Assembly: GCF_964213995.1 (NCBI RefSeq)
Contig: NW_027590173.1
Coordinates: 372,001-436,000 of the forward strand
Length of the DNA: 64,000 nucleotides
Direction of reading: 5' to 3'
Source: Mustelus asterias
Taxonomy: Eukaryota
The notes below the pieces were generated by a model. That model made no database searches, was not told where the DNA came from, and was given only the letters and a program-made list of their open reading frames with translations. Positions 1-13,919 of this stretch are shown here, in pieces. Both the position numbers and the translations under genes were made by a program. How positions within the stretch are numbered: the stretch's first letter is position 1; the number at the start of each line of letters is the position of its first letter.

Positions 1-857
1 TGTACCGACACCCCAGGGACTGCAGCAGTTCAATAAAGCAGCAAACCACCATCTTCTTAAGGTCAGTTAGAGATTGGCAAAGAATGCTGGCCTCGTCAGT
101 GATGCCCACCTCTCGAAATGAATAAAACAAACACAAACTCGCAACTACAACCAGAGACGGACGAATACTGAACAAATCTCACTCACGTGCCTTTGTTGGA
201 TACAATATGAATCCCCCAACCACATTCACGAACAGAGGGTAAAATGCAGTCGAAATTGGGCGATCGTTATCCAGTTGCAGTTTAACCAGAGTTTTATACA
301 AGAATAGAGAACATCTTAACACAACGTGCAACATTTTAACCCAATATGGAATATCATGAGACCAGTTAATTATCTTTCTGCCGAACAGAAAACATCTTCA
401 CGGTGAATATTTTGACCCAACAGGGAACACGTTTACAGAGCAGGGCATATATTAACAGAACATTTTAAAAAATACACAAGATGGACCATATTTATACAGC
501 CGGAAAGATACTTACAGCATGAGGGAAGCATTTTACACAACAGCAGAAAACACCTCTCAACAACAGAGAGCACAGTTACACAGCAGGAATTATATTTACA
601 ATCATGTATTTGCAACAGAAAATGCATTTTAAAATAGTGATTGATGTTCCAATTCCTTGTTTTGTCGGTTTTTCATCACCTTTGTCTTTCGTTACGTTTC
701 CAGACAATCTCTCTTACTGCGATTGTGTGTTTTTCCCTGTTTTATTCTCGGTGTGATGCGGTGGCTGAACCTCCTGACACTGGAACTGGTATTAAATGAT
801 ACAACGGCGAAAATCTGCCTGACTATATTGATAGACAGCACAGCTGACTTCTTCTGT

Positions 858-930
858 AGCAGAGTGGTGCAGCGGAAGCGTGCTGGATCCATAAACCCAA
901 AGTTCGGTGGATCACAGCCATCCTCTACTA
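858..930 (+). pseudogene. tRNA-iMet(CAT) pseudogene
   Basis: AGCAGAGTGGTGCAGCGGAAGCGTGCTGGATCCATAAACCCAAAGTTCGGTGGATCACAGCCATCCTCTACTA aligns to vertebrate initiator tRNA-Met, with anticodon-stem and T-loop lesions. Confidence 0.85.
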
Positions 931-1182
931 TTCCTATCATCACTGATAATGAAACGACTTGTGACTTTTACATGGAGTCTGCAGACAGGTAGTTACATCG
1001 GTTTCTCTTTTCCCCAAAAAACCTCGATCTGCAGTGAATCACTTTTATATGCAAGAAATCATATGAACGGGAACATCTTAACACAATATGCAACAATTTA
1101 CTGACAGAAACATCTTCACGGAGAATCTTCTCACACAACATAGAACACATTTGCAGAGCAGGGGCCATGTTAACAGAACAGA

Positions 1183-1700
1183 AGGGAGGGGGGACGGGGA
1201 GGGGGGACGGGGAGGGGGGGACGGGGAGGGGGGAGGGGGGACGGGGAGGGGGACGGGGAGGGAGGGGGGAGCGGGAGGAGGTAGGGGGAGAGGGGGGAGG
1301 GGGAGGCAGTGGGGGAGGGGGAGCGGAGAAGGGGGAGCAGGCAGGGGGAGGCTGGAAGGGGAGGGGGAGGGGAAGGGGTGAGGGAGGGTGAGGGGGGCGA
1401 GGGACGGGAGGAGAGGAGGGAGGAGGGAGGGCGGAGGGGACGAGGGGGGAGGGGGAGAGGGCGGAGGGGACGAGGGGGAGAGGGCGGAGGGGACGAGGGG
1501 GGAGGGGACGAGGGGGGAGGGGGGAGAGGGGAAGAAGGGGAGAGGGGGAGGGGCAGCAGGGAGGGGGGAACGGCGGGAGGGGGACGGGGCAAAGGGGGAA
1601 GGGGGAGGTGGGGGGAGGGGAGGAGAGAGGAGGGAGAGGGGGTGGAGGCGGTGTGGGAGGAGTGGTGGAGGCGGGAGGGGTGGAAGCTGGAGGTGGGGAG
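1183..1700 (+). repeat. G-rich polypurine low-complexity tract (G-quadruplex/triplex potential)
   Basis: Near-continuous G runs (GGGGAGGGGGGAC-like units); explains the Pro/Gly-rich ORFs in the track. Confidence 0.95.
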
Positions 1701-1719
1701 GCGAAGCTGGGCTTGCCGT

Positions 1720-1791
1720 AGCAGAGTGGCGCAGCTGAAGCATGCTGGGCCCATCGCTCAGAGGTCGATGGATCGAAACCATTCTCTGCTA
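1720..1791 (+). pseudogene. tRNA-iMet(CAT)-derived gene, probably pseudogene
   Basis: Full-length match to initiator tRNA-Met including the GATCGAAA T-loop; substitutions in the D arm, positions 37/38 and the anticodon stem. Confidence 0.88.
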
Positions 1792-4204
1792 CCTCCTCTT
1801 AACAATAATAACAGAACCACTTGACTGCACTTCTGCAACATTTGCGTGGAATATGCAGGCAGCTATCTGCATTGGCTCCTCTTTTCTGTTATAAGCCTCA
1901 AACCAGTTTGGTCTGCACACAAGGTGTAGGTACTGTGAACATCACCAGGATCTATTCGTGACAGACTTTATGGTGCACAGGAAACAATTTCAGAATTTTT
2001 GGATAATGTGAAAGTTGGAAGCATTGTGAACTGTGAGGAGGATAGTGTGAAACTTCAAAAAGGACACAGACAAGTTGACGGAATGAGTGGAGAAGTTGCA
2101 GATGAAATTTAAATGTGAGAATTGTGAAGTGATTCATTCTGGTCGGAAGATTATAGAGAGACAATGAAAAGTAAAAGGAAAACAGTTCCAAAGGATCTAA
2201 TCCATTTCATGAGTGAGGTTTCTCAGTCCTACAACTCTAAATGAAGTGCAACAGTACAACTCTAAAATAAAACAAATTACTGTTGATGCGATCATCTGAA
2301 ATCAGAAGAGAAAATGCTGGAAAATATCTGCCGGTCTGGCAGCATCTGAAAGGAGTGAAATGATTTGATGTTTCGAGTCCAGATGACCCTTTGACAAAAT
2401 GTTATCTTTATTGGTTTACTGCCAACTGGTAACTTCCTTAAAGTTAATAATAATCCATTCAAAATATCAGCATATGTGTTTTACAATCATCATTACTCGT
2501 TTGAATCAATTACTGCATCTCAGATTGCTTCTTGTTAGCTCATAAACCCATTTCGAAGTTATTTAACTGAATGCTGCTAGTTTTATCAGTACCTTAATGT
2601 CGACTGGTTTAAAAATCTTACCATCCCATCAGGGGTTCCACTTACAGGCATTAAATGCCATGAGGCGTCTGGACAGAGTGGATAGGGACAAACTGTTCCC
2701 ACTCTGGAATGATGAAGAATGAGAGAGAACAGGTTTAGCATCATTAGCAAAGGAAGGAATCGGAACACGAGGAAAACATTTTTCACACAATGAGTGTGTA
2801 AAGTGTTGAATGTATTGCTGGAGAGTGTGGTGGATATAGATTCAATTGAAACGTTCTAAAGGAATTAGACTGTTATCTGAAAAGGAAGAATGTGCAGGGT
2901 TGCAGGGAGAAGGCGGAGATGTTCATTTTCTGTCACAACTCCTCACATCATTTCTCATTCATCACTCATCACTGACTCGAGTGCGAGCTGTTCTCTTGTC
3001 GTTTCTAAACAAGGAGAAGTGCAGCAATGATTAAATGACAGGAGAGTTGGTGGCCGAAGTCTGACGGGAAAGTTAAAAAAAACAAATATATGTCAAAAAG
3101 ATGAGGATGGCAGAGAGGCGAAATTTGAAATAACAACAGAAAATGCTAGAAACCTTAGCAGATCTGACATCATCTATGGAGAGAGAAACAGAGTTAATGC
3201 TTCGAGTCTGTATGATTCTTCTTCAGAGCTGAAGAGAGGTTGAAATGTGACGGATTTAAAATGTTGCAGAGAATTCGGAGCACAATCCAGATTATTCATT
3301 AAAGCAATTAAAAAAGCAAATGGCATGATTGTTTTTATTGCAAGTGGATTGGAGTAGATGAAGAAAGGTGTCTTGGTACAATTGTACAGGATTTTATGGA
3401 GACCACATCTGCAATGATGTGTACAGCTATGGTATCCACATTTGAGAAAAGATAAGCTCGCATTGGAGGCTGTCCAGAGAAGGTTCACTAGATTGCCCCC
3501 CGGAATGAGGAGGTTGTTCTATGTTGAGAAGCTGAGTGAATTAGGCGAGAGATCCTGGAGCTCAGAACAATGTGTAGATGCTGAGTGAACGCTTCCATTG
3601 CTGTCCTCTGGGCAGACGAGTGGCAGATAAAGTAAAAGTAAAGAAAAGTAAAGTGAAAGTAAAGTGAAAGTTAAGTTTATTAATCACAAGTAAGGTTTAC
3701 ATTAAGACTGCAATGAAGTTACTGTGAAATTCTCCGAATTGCCACAGTCGGGCACCTGTGCGGGTCAATCACCTAACTAGATGAAGTTCAATGCAGAGAA
3801 GTGTGAGTTGATTCATTTTGAGATTGTGGAGAAATAAAGAGAGAAACTCTTAAGGAAATGCAGGAAAAAAGGGATCTCGGTTTCTCAGTACCAAAAGTCA
3901 TTGAAGGTGGTTGAGCATGTTGAGAGAGCAGGTAATAAAGCAAATGGCATCCTACGTTTTATTGGAGGATTGAATACATGAGTAAGAAGATCATGTTGAG
4001 CTTTCAAATACACTAGATAGGCCTCACCTGGAGCACTGCATCCAATTCTGGGCACCACTTGAAGAAGGTTGTGAAGGCAATGGGGAGAGTGCAAAGGATA
4101 TCCACATGAATGATTCTATTGATAAAGATTTGTAGCTATGAAGATCGATTTGAGAAGTTGGATATTTTTCCTCAGGGAAAGACGTCTGAGAGGACCTGCC
4201 GAGG

Positions 4205-5071
4205 GATAGGGAGCATTGAGGAAGCAGCTGTGCTGCAAAAGGACTTGGATAGGCTGGGAGAGTGGGCAGAGAATTGGCAGATGGAATACAATGTGGAAAA
4301 GTGTGACGTTACGCACTTTGGAAGGAGGAATGGAGGCGCAGATTATTTTTTAAATTGTGAAATGCTTAGGAACTCAGAAGCACAAAGGGACTTGGGAGTC
4401 CTTGTTCAAAATTCTCTTAACGTAAACGTGCAGGTTCAGTCGGCAGATAGGAAGGGAAATGCAATGTCGCGTGGGCTGGAATACAAGAGCACGGATGCAC
4501 TTGTGAGGCTGGCAAAGGCTCTGGTCAGACCCCGTTTGGAGTAATGTGAGCAGTTTGGGCCCCGTATCTAAGGAAGGATGTGCTGGCCTTGGAAAAGGTC
4601 CAGAGGAAGTTCACAAGAATGATCCCTGGAATGCGGAGCTTGCTGTATGAAGAATGTTTGAGGGCTCTGGATCTGTACTCTTTGGAGTTTACAAGTACGA
4701 GCGGGGATCTTATTGAAACTTATCGGATAATGCGAGGCCTGGATAGAGTGGACACAGAGAGCATGTTTCCACTTCTAGGAAAAACTAGAACCAAAGGGCA
4801 CAACCTCAGACTAAAGGGACAATCCTTTAAAACAGAGATGAGGAGGAATTTCTTCAGCCAGAGAGTGGCGAATCTGTGGAAATCTTTGCCGCAAAACGCT
4901 GTGGAGGCCAGGTCATTGAGTGTTTCTCAGACAGAGATAGATAGATTCTTGATTAATAAGGGGATCAGGTGTTATGCGGAAAAGACAGGGAAATGGGAAT
5001 GAGTAAAATGGCGGAGCAGACTCGATGGGCTGAGTGGCCTAATTCTGCTCCTACGTCTTATGGTCTTATGG
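4205..5071 (+). mobile_element. CR1-clade LINE 3' fragment
   Basis: RT C-terminal peptides (LQKDLDRLGEWAENWQMEYNVEKC, RTKGHNLRL) and a (tcttatgg) tail. Confidence 0.9.
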
Positions 5072-6379
5072 AAGAGAAAGAAGTGTTGCTTTCGCACTGC
5101 TGCTGCAGAATGACAGGGACGCGGGTTCAATTCAGGCTTTGGGTGGCTGTACGTATTTTCCACATTTTCTCTGTGTCCATGTGGCTTTCCTCCGGGTGCT
5201 CTGGGTTCCCCCACACTCCATTGATAAGGTAAGTGGATTTACCATGCTCGATCTGCCCTTATGTCTCCCAGTATGTTAGATTAGGAGGATTAACAGGGTA
5301 AATATGTGAGGTTGCGTGGATAGGTCAGAGAATCAGTGCAGCCTCAATGGGCCGAATGACCACCTTTTGCAATGTAGCCATTCAATGGTAGATGTTTTCA
5401 TGTTCCAGTCAAGAGTTCATCAAGAACCAGGAGAAAATTTTCAAAATAAGTGTCAAAATTGCAACGATTCAATGCCTAATTTTTAGGCATTGTAGGAAAA
5501 TAAAGGACCATTTAACATGGCCAATCCACTTAACCTGCACATCTTTGAACCACAGGAGTAAACCAGAACACCCAGAGGAAACCCACGGGGGAAGATGTGC
5601 AAAATCTGCACAGTCAGCAAAGGTCAGGACCAAACCCGGGTCTCTGGGGCTATGAGGCAGGAGAGTGGGATTAGATAGCGTGCAATTTCAATAATGCAGG
5701 GTAGACTTGATGGGCCAAATGGACTGCGACTGCATTGTAAAGATTCTGTGGTTTGGGAATCTAAAACATGATACTATTGACTCGAGCAGGAGGCTTGAGG
5801 GGCCATGCAGTCCACTTCTGATCCGATTTATTGTGCTGCTGTGTCCAGAAAGCTGCTGATTGATTTCTCATCATTAAATCAGAATTTTAGTCCAAATACT
5901 GTTAATGCATCAACCCTGTGCTCAGTGACAAACACTGACTTGTGGTTAAACAATGTCTCAATTTTAATATTCTTATCCGTGTTTCCAAAACCCTCCATGT
6001 CCTCAGCTCTTCCTCCCTTTCATCACCTCCAGCATAACAATCCTCTGAGATATCTGAGCTTCTCTGATTCTGCCCTCGTGAGCATCCCTGAATCGGTTCA
6101 TTCCACCACTGGTGATCGTAATTTCAGCTCTCTGGGTTTCAGCTCTGGAATTCCCTCTCTCAATGCCCCCGCTTCTCGCTTGCTTTCCTCTCGTTCATTT
6201 TTGTCGCCTGCTTGCTTCATTTATTTCCTCCTTCCTATCCCGTGGGTCTCACATTTTCCATCCTCTGACTTTCCGCAGTCCTTTGGCCGCTTTAACTGCC
6301 ATCAACGAATTATAATTGTTCAACTATAATTTTCCCCGTGGTTCCACTTTAAGGATTATTTCCGCCTCCAGCTCTTTGA

Positions 6380-6860
6380 TTTCTCATTGGTTTCAGCTGC
6401 GGATCGAATTGAATGACGCAATGACGCTGCGCAGGGAGTGACGCTGCGCGAGTCGCGCAGGAGCGGCGCATTCCGATTGGGCAGTGGGTTACGATTGGCT
6501 GACGGAGATGTCAATCACATTGAGGGCGTGTGTTGCCATAAGCGCGGTCTGCGATTGGTTAGAATTGGGAGCGTCATTTTCAGTGGTCTCACAGTTCAGC
6601 CGGTTGGAGCTCACGGATTGGACAAAGTAGCTGTCACTCAGTCGGCGCAGAGCGTCCATTGGATAACCGCGATGGGTCAATTTCCGATTGGTTTTCCCAG
6701 CTGCCGGTCACAGGCCGTTGGCGGGGATTTACCCCGGGCCCATCAGACACCGCGCGGAGCGGCAGCAATTGTCCCGTCAGTGGCTTCAGTCCCCGGGCCC
6801 GGATCCTAAGCCCGCGGCGGAGCTCCGGATGGGGGCAGGGTTTCGGCAGCCGGAATCCCG
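6380..6860. promoter_or_regulatory. CpG-island promoter with CCAAT-box array
   Basis: CpG-rich; eight same-strand ATTGG motifs between 6386 and 6691; TGACG half-sites near 6414-6444. Confidence 0.6.
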
Positions 6861-6879
6861 TCATGCCCGGTTGTAAATG

Positions 6880-7180
6880 GAGCGGCACCGTGGTTCGCAC
6901 TGCTGCCTCACAGCGCCAGGGACCCGAGTTCGATTACGGCTTGGATCACTGTCTGTGTGGAGTTTGCACGTCTCCCAGTGGGTTTCCTCCGGGTGCTCCG
7001 GTTTCCTCCCAAAGTCCAAAGATATGCGGGTTAGGTGGATTGGCCATGCTAAATTGCCCTTTCGTGTCAAGGGGACCAGCTAGGATAAATGCATGAGGTT
7101 ATGGAGATAGGACTTGGTGGGATTGTGGTTGGTACAGACTCGATGGGCCGAATGGCCTCCTTCTGCGCTGTTGGATTCTA
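6880..7180 (+). mobile_element. HE1-like tRNA-derived V-SINE
   Basis: tRNA-like head, V-domain (TGTGGAGTTTGCAC...GGGTGCTCCGGTTTCCTCCC) and CR1-like tail. Confidence 0.85.
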
Positions 7181-8540
7181 TAAATCGCAGCTCAGGGTTT
7201 CCAATGGCAGCTTCCTGTGTAAACATGTCGCTGCAGTTCCCCAGTCTCAGCAATGCCGGTGTTACAAACTCCCCTGGAGTCAGACCAATCAGTACATAAA
7301 CTGGAATCTTCCTGTGCTCTGTGTGTGGGGCTCAGTGCCACACTGGGTTAAAGCAGCTCACTTTGCAGAGGCCACGGTTAGATACTGGGATCTTCCTGTG
7401 CTCTGCTTTGGGGGTGGGGTTTGCTTACTCTGAGTGGATCTCCCTTATTGTTTGGTTTTAATTATAGCCTCTCTCTCTCTTACAGACTGAGCAGAATGGC
7501 CTGATCTGACTACACACATTGAGATGGAGGAGCTGCCGCTCGAAATGAAGATGATTGAGAACTCCAGCTTTCTCTACACTCGTTCACTGAGGCCCAGCCC
7601 TTCATTTATCATTAGTTTTCCCAGGATGTCAGGTACATTACCATCTTCATCTGCTGTGCACACTGACCTGACAGTGGGAAGGTATTGGAGCAGGATAGTG
7701 CAGTCAACCATGTCAAAGGTGTGGACAGGCTGAGAAGGATAAGGAGGGATAGTTTAGCTGGGTAAGACTGCATTTACCCCGTTCCGATCTTTTCCTTCAT
7801 ATGCAGAATATCACCTGCAATGATTTCTCTTCCCACTTCTGTTTTGTTAGCACCCAACTCGCCCAAGGATCTATCCTTGGCTCCCTCCAATTTTTCATCT
7901 ACACCTTATCCCTCAGTGGCATTATCTGAAAGCACAGTGTTAGTTTTCACATGTATGCTGATAACACCCAGCTCTACCCCACCATCACCTCTCACAACCA
8001 ATCCCCTGTTATTAAATTATTAGACTCCTTCTCCGACCTCTAGTACTGGCTAAGCAGAGAATTCCCCCAATTAAATATTTGGAAAACCAATGTTCCCACC
8101 CCAAATTCCGTTCCCAATCACTGACTCCATCTCCCCCCGACGTTGAAACAAACCCTCATAATCTTGGCACCTCATTAGACTCGGAAATGAGATTCTGACC
8201 ACAGATCTGTTCCTTCACCAAGATCACCTATTTCCAGCTGTGTAACATCACACATTGTTTGTAATATCTCAGTTCACCCGTACCTGAAACCCTCATCCAT
8301 ATTTTTGTTACCTCTAGACTTGATAATTCAGGCACACTCCTGCAGCAGATTTCCTTCCCTGGAGCTCATTAGTCAACCAAATAGGGTTTTATGACAAGCA
8401 ACAATTAGATTGTTGATTGCAGATTCATATTGAATTCAAATTTCACAATCTGCCCTGCTGGGTTTTGAACCCAGGTCCCTCAAGCATTCCCCAGAGTCTC
8501 TGGATCACTAGCCCATGACGCCACTGCCTCCCTTCATCAA

Positions 8541-8623
8541 TGTAAGGACTGGAATTTGAACGCATGCCTCTCGAGGAGACTGTGACCTGAACGCAGCACC
8601 TTCGATGACTTGGCCATCCTGAC
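8541..8623 (-). pseudogene. tRNA-Leu(CAG) pseudogene
   Basis: Reverse complement GTCAGGATGGCCAAG...CTGCGTTCAGGTCACAGTCTCC...GTTCAAATTCC; many substitutions. Confidence 0.8.
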
Positions 8624-8989
8624 ACAGACTATGTATTTCACTCCTCTGCCACTTTCTGCTTCCCCTTTATTTCCCAGTCTCAATCTCTCAGGAGCTTATG
8701 TTCACTTTAGTCTCCCTCTTTATTTTTATATATTTAAAGAAGCTCTTTCTGATCCTTTTTATATTACTTGTTCATTTACGTTTGTAGTTCATCTTCTCCC
8801 ACGTTAGTATTTTTTTGGTCATCATTTGTTGGTTTTTGAAACTTCCCCAATGCTCTGTCTTACCACTAATATATGAAACATCCTATGTTCGTCTTTCAGT
8901 TTAATGCAATCTTTAACTTCCTCGGTTAACCATGGTTGATTTATTCCCTTCCAGAATCCTTGTTTGTCACTGGTATACATCTTTGTTAT

Positions 8990-9390
8990 AGAGGTTTACA
9001 GCATGGAAACAGGCCCTTTGGCCCAACTTGTCCATGGCGCCCCCTTTTTTTTTTAAACCCCTAAGCTAGTCCCAATTGCCCGCATTTGGCCAATTCCTCT
9101 ATACCCATCTTACCCATGTAACTGTCTAAACACTTAAAAAGATAAAATTGTACCTGCCTCTACTACTACCTCTGGCAGCTTGTTCCAGACACTCACCACC
9201 CTCTGTGAAAAAATTGCTCCTCTGGACACTTTTGTATCTCTCCCCTCTCCCCTGAAATCTATTCCCTCTAGTTTTAGACTCCCCTACCTTTGGGAAAAGA
9301 TATTGACTATCATGCTATCTATGCCCCTCATTATTTTAAAGACCTCTATAAGATCACCCCTCAGCCTTCTACGTTTCAGAGAAAAAAGGC
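8990..9390 (-). mobile_element. CR1 LINE 3' fragment
   Basis: Same 3' end as the other CR1 copies in the window. Confidence 0.75.
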
Positions 9391-9547
9391 CCAAGACAGT
9401 CTGCACATATTGAATACAGTGTTACCTTTTAGATAAGTACTCTTGAATCAAGTTTATCTTAGTGGGAGGCCCAGCAACACCCCGCCATTGAAATTCCAGG
9501 GCAGGGGCAGAAGAAGTGGAGGGCAAAGAGACATAAGATTCAGAATA

Positions 9548-9840
9548 AGATTCCCTGTAGTGCTAAAGGAGGCCATTTGGCCCATTGAGCCTGCATCGAC
9601 AACAATCCCAGCCAGGCCCTATCCCCGTAACCCCATATGTTAACCCTGCTTGTCCCCCTGGCACTAGGGGGCAATTTAGCATGACACATCTTTGAACTGT
9701 GGGAGGAAATCAGAGCACCCAGAGGAAACTCATGCAGACACGGAGAGAACATGCAAATGTCGTCACAGTCACCCAAGACTGGAATTGAACCCGGGTCCCT
9801 GGTGCTGAGGTGTAGCAGTGCTAACCACTGTGCCACCATG
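9548..9840 (-). mobile_element. HE1-like V-SINE
   Basis: Reverse complement of the tRNA head (GTGGTTAGCACTGCT) and V-domain. Confidence 0.85.
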
Positions 9841-10099
9841 TCCCCAAGGTAGAATAAGCCATGTAGACCTATATCTTCACAGAAGAGCAACTTGCTTATG
9901 TAAATAATGCAAGGAGAAGCAACTTGCCATTAAAACATTCTGTAAATATTCTGATTTTCTTATATAGAGATCATCTTGATATATGCAAACAATATTGCAG
10001 TTTCACAAATCTATAAAAGCGGGAGTAACGATGAATCTAAGGGTGACTCTCCTTAGAGAGCTAGTTACAGTAGCTGTGGGAATCTTTTGCCGATCAAGT

Positions 10100-10620
10100 T
10101 TAAAAAAAGGAAATTACAATTGTTTTAGCCCTTGATAGACACACTCCCACATTCTTGGAGAGATGCTGGAAAGGCAGAACTTGACCATGACACAATCTGC
10201 ACAAAGTGACTCCAGAAACACACTGAGTGTTTTTTGTGAGTCAAAAACTATTTTCATAATGTATGTCATTGCTGATCGATCGTCTTTTCTGCTAAATATC
10301 TTTTGCAGTCCAGTCTCGCCAACTCTGCTCTCATTCTTTTGCAATTACCCTTATTTACGTTGAACACAGTTGCTTCTGACCCATGTTTGCACTCTCAAAC
10401 TGAATGCTAAATTCCACCATGTCAAGTTCACTGTTTCCTAGCGGAGCTTTTACTCTGATTGTTTATGAAAGCTGTCTCATTACACATTACAATATTCAAA
10501 CTGGCCTGATTTCTGCTTGGATTCACAAAATATTCTTCATGGAAACTGTGCCGAATGCACTCTAAATTCTTCCTCATGGCTACCTCTGCAAACTTGATTG
10601 TCCGAATCCACAGGAAGATT
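10100..10620 (-). mobile_element. Decayed CR1 ORF2 fragment (endonuclease-RT linker)
   Basis: Frameshifted peptides LECIRHSFHEEY and NKGNCKRMRAELARLD resemble CR1 ORF2. Confidence 0.6.
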
Positions 10621-10637
10621 AAAGTCAGCCACTGATG

Positions 10638-11868
10638 GGAAGTACTAGACGACAAAGGATACTCTGTCCACCGTGTCCCATGTTTGTCTTCTGAGGAGGT
10701 CGGTGCGGTTTTTCGCTGTGGCGCGTTGGAACTGTCGATCGATGAGTCGAGCGCCATATCCTGTTCTTGTGAGGGCATCTTTCAGCGTCTGGAGGTGTCC
10801 GTTGCGATCCTCCTCATCTGATCAGACCCTGTGTATATGGGAGTTAAAAACCTCACCAACCTCCTCAGAAGACAAACACGAGACACGGTGGACAGAGTAT
10901 CCTCCGTCGTCCAGTACTTCCCCGGAGCGGAGAAGTTACGGCATCTCCTCCGGAGCCTTCAACATGTCATTGATCAAGACGAACATCTCGCCAAGGCCAT
11001 CCCCACACCCCCACTTCTTGCCTTCAAACAACCGCACAACCTCAAACAGACCATTGTCCGCAGCAAACTACCCAGCCTTCAGGAGAACATTGACCACGAC
11101 ACCACACAACCCTGCCACAGCAACCTCTGCAAGACGTCCTGGATTATCGACACGGATGCCATCATCTCACGTGAGTACACCATCTACCAAGTACACGGTA
11201 CCTACTCTTGCAACTCGGCCAGCATTGTCTACCTGATACATTGCAGGAAAGGATGTCCCGAGGCATGGTACATTGGGGAAACCATGCAGATGCTACGACA
11301 ACGGATGAATGAACACCGCTCGACAATCACCAGGCAAGACTGTTCTCTTCCTGTGGGGGAGCACTTCAGCGGTCACGGGCATTCACCTTCTGATCTTCGG
11401 GTAAGCGTTCTCCAAGGCGGTCTTCACGACACACGACAGCGCAGAGTCACTGAGCAGAAACTGATAGCCAAGTTCCGTACACATGAGGACGGCCTAAACC
11501 GGGATCTTGGATTTATGTCACACTATCAGTGACCCCCACAGCTTGCCTCCTGGACTTGCAGAATCTCACTGGCTGTCCTGTCTGCAGACAATGCACATCT
11601 CTTTAACCTGTGTTTAATGCTCCCTCCACTCACATTGTCTGTATCTTTAAGACCTGGTTGGCTGGAGAGATTTACATTCTAATCAGTATTCTGTAACTTG
11701 ATTTTGTGTCTCTGTATGCCCTGTTTGAGAGCAGATATCCACTCCATCTGACGAAGGAGCAGCGCTCCGAAAGCTAATTGCATTTGCTACCAAATAAACC
11801 TGTTGGACTTTAACCTGGCGTTGTTAAAACTCTTACTGTGATTACCCCAACGCCGGCATCTCCACATT
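10638..11868 (+). mobile_element. Penelope-like element (GIY-YIG end) with inverted 5' segment
   Basis: ORF 10831-11532 has VYLIHC...WYIGET..RQRMNEH; the segment starting at 10638 is an inverted copy of about 10845-10922; 3' end carries a hammerhead-like motif at 11744-11780. Confidence 0.9.
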
Positions 11869-13214
11869 GTGGAATTACCACAGTTTGAATATGTGCTTTG
11901 TGCAGCATTGCCAATGTCTCTAATATGCGTCAGGAAGAGCAGTATTCCTAACACCAACCCTCCTGGAATCCCACTTTAACCGACCTCCATTCCAAATAAA
12001 AACATTTCCCACTGCTGTGTTTCCTGTCACTCAGTCAGTTTCCTATCCATGTTGCTGCTGTCCCTTTTATTCTATCAGCTCCAAATGTTACCACAAGTTT
12101 GCTGTGTGCCCCATTATTTATAAAATGTTTTTTGGCAGTCCATGTTCACATTAACCACATTACCCTCATCAAACTTTTCTGTTACCCTCATTAAAATCTG
12201 AAGCAAGTTAAATATGATCCCCCTTTAATAATTATGTATGTGTTTTCCTTAATGTACATTAGCACAAGTGAGTGTTAATTTAATCTCCAGTGTTTGGAGA
12301 TTAAACCTCAAACCAGTTTAACCTCGTTGCTGAGGTTAAACTGATTGGATTTAGTTGCCTTATCCTCACAGCCTTTTCTGAAGAAGTGTGTTTACCATTT
12401 GCAATTCTCCAGTCCTCTGGCACCACCCATATAACTAGCTCGGATAGAAAACTTTTAAACATTGCCTCTGCAATTTCCACCCTTTTTTTCCCCTCAGTAT
12501 CCATGCTTGTGTCTTGTCCAGTCACAAGAACACAGGAAATAAGGGCAGACATTTACTATATGGCTCATCAATAATGTTAAACCATTCAAAACAATTTTGA
12601 TTTCTGTATCTTTATTGGCATACAGTGCAAAGCACAGAGGCACAGCATTAAAACAAGAACAGCAACATCATCAGACAATACATAGATAGAAATCACACTA
12701 TGTTTCTGACAAGTTTTCTAAAAGTCACTACATTTTCAGCATTCCCAACAAAATCATTTCAAATATCAGCAATTCTATTGGGGAGAAAACAAACTGTGAC
12801 TATTAAGATGTGAATCAAATTTCTGTAGTTTATACTGACGATCACCAAAACTATGGTAACTCCGAAGAAAGAACTTTTCAAGCTTGGGTAATAAGGTTAT
12901 GTACTAATTTATAAATTTGAACTAAACCATAAATCAGCCTCTTGAAAGGTTGCAATCCAATAATTCCGAATCCCTCATAAAGTATTCCCCTCATGCCTTC
13001 CATTTTCCTGGTTACACAGCTTTCCACTCTTTCTATCAGCTGTATATCTTTTTGAAAGTGTGGGTTCCAAACTGTGGATGCAGACTCCAGATGTGGGCAT
13101 TCCAGCTGCTTAAAGAGTTTCAGATCTTGGGATTGAACTGCACTTTACTCCTCACTCCCTTGATTCCCTGAGAAACCAAAATTTGTCTATCTCAGCCTTA
13201 ATTGTCATAGACTG

Positions 13215-13515
13215 TCATAACCTGCAGTGTAGATGGAGGCCATTTGGTCCATTGAATCTGCACTGACTCTCTGACAGAGCATCCCACCCAGAACCTATCC
13301 CGGTAACCCCACATATTCTGCTAATCCCCCGAACCAATATATTTGGGACACTAACAGGCAGTTTAGCAGAGTCAATCCACCTAACATTTGGAGAATGGAA
13401 GGAATCGCAAACATGGGGAGGACATGCAAACATTATGCAGGCAATCAGCCAAGGTGGAATTGAACCCGGTTCCCTGGTGCTTTGAGGCAGCAATGCTAAC
13501 CACTGTGCCACCACT
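13215..13515 (-). mobile_element. HE1-like V-SINE (degraded)
   Basis: tRNA head plus V-domain similarity. Confidence 0.75.
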
Positions 13516-13919
13516 AGTGTATTCAACAATGGAGCATGTCAAAGGATCACAACCCAATGAGTGCAGAAATGTATTCTCATGTCAGTGTGAAATGATCTGA
13601 TCCTTACACTGAGCCAGCTTCCGCAATCTCCCAATGTCCACAAAATCAAACCCCTTCAGAATCTTGTATGTTTTAATGTTTTGCCTCTCATGCTTGTGAA
13701 TCACAGAGAATACAGACCCAGTTTACGAAGGGTCACATCATATGAAACCCTTTCACCCCCGTGGACCAATTTACTGACCCTTCGTTAGTGATTGAAGCAT
13801 AATGAGAAAACCCTTTCCCACAGCGAGTAGTTCAGTTCTGGGATGTATTGTCTGACAATGTGGTGATGCAGCTTCAAGTGAGGCATTCAGAAAGGAATTG
13901 GATTGTTAAAGTTACACCA

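Noticed and set aside
1078-1824. Pro-rich and Gly/Arg-rich ORFs
   Set aside because: Translations of a low-complexity G tract
6880-6945. SINE heads as tRNA genes
   Set aside because: They continue into the V-domain and tail, so they are SINEs
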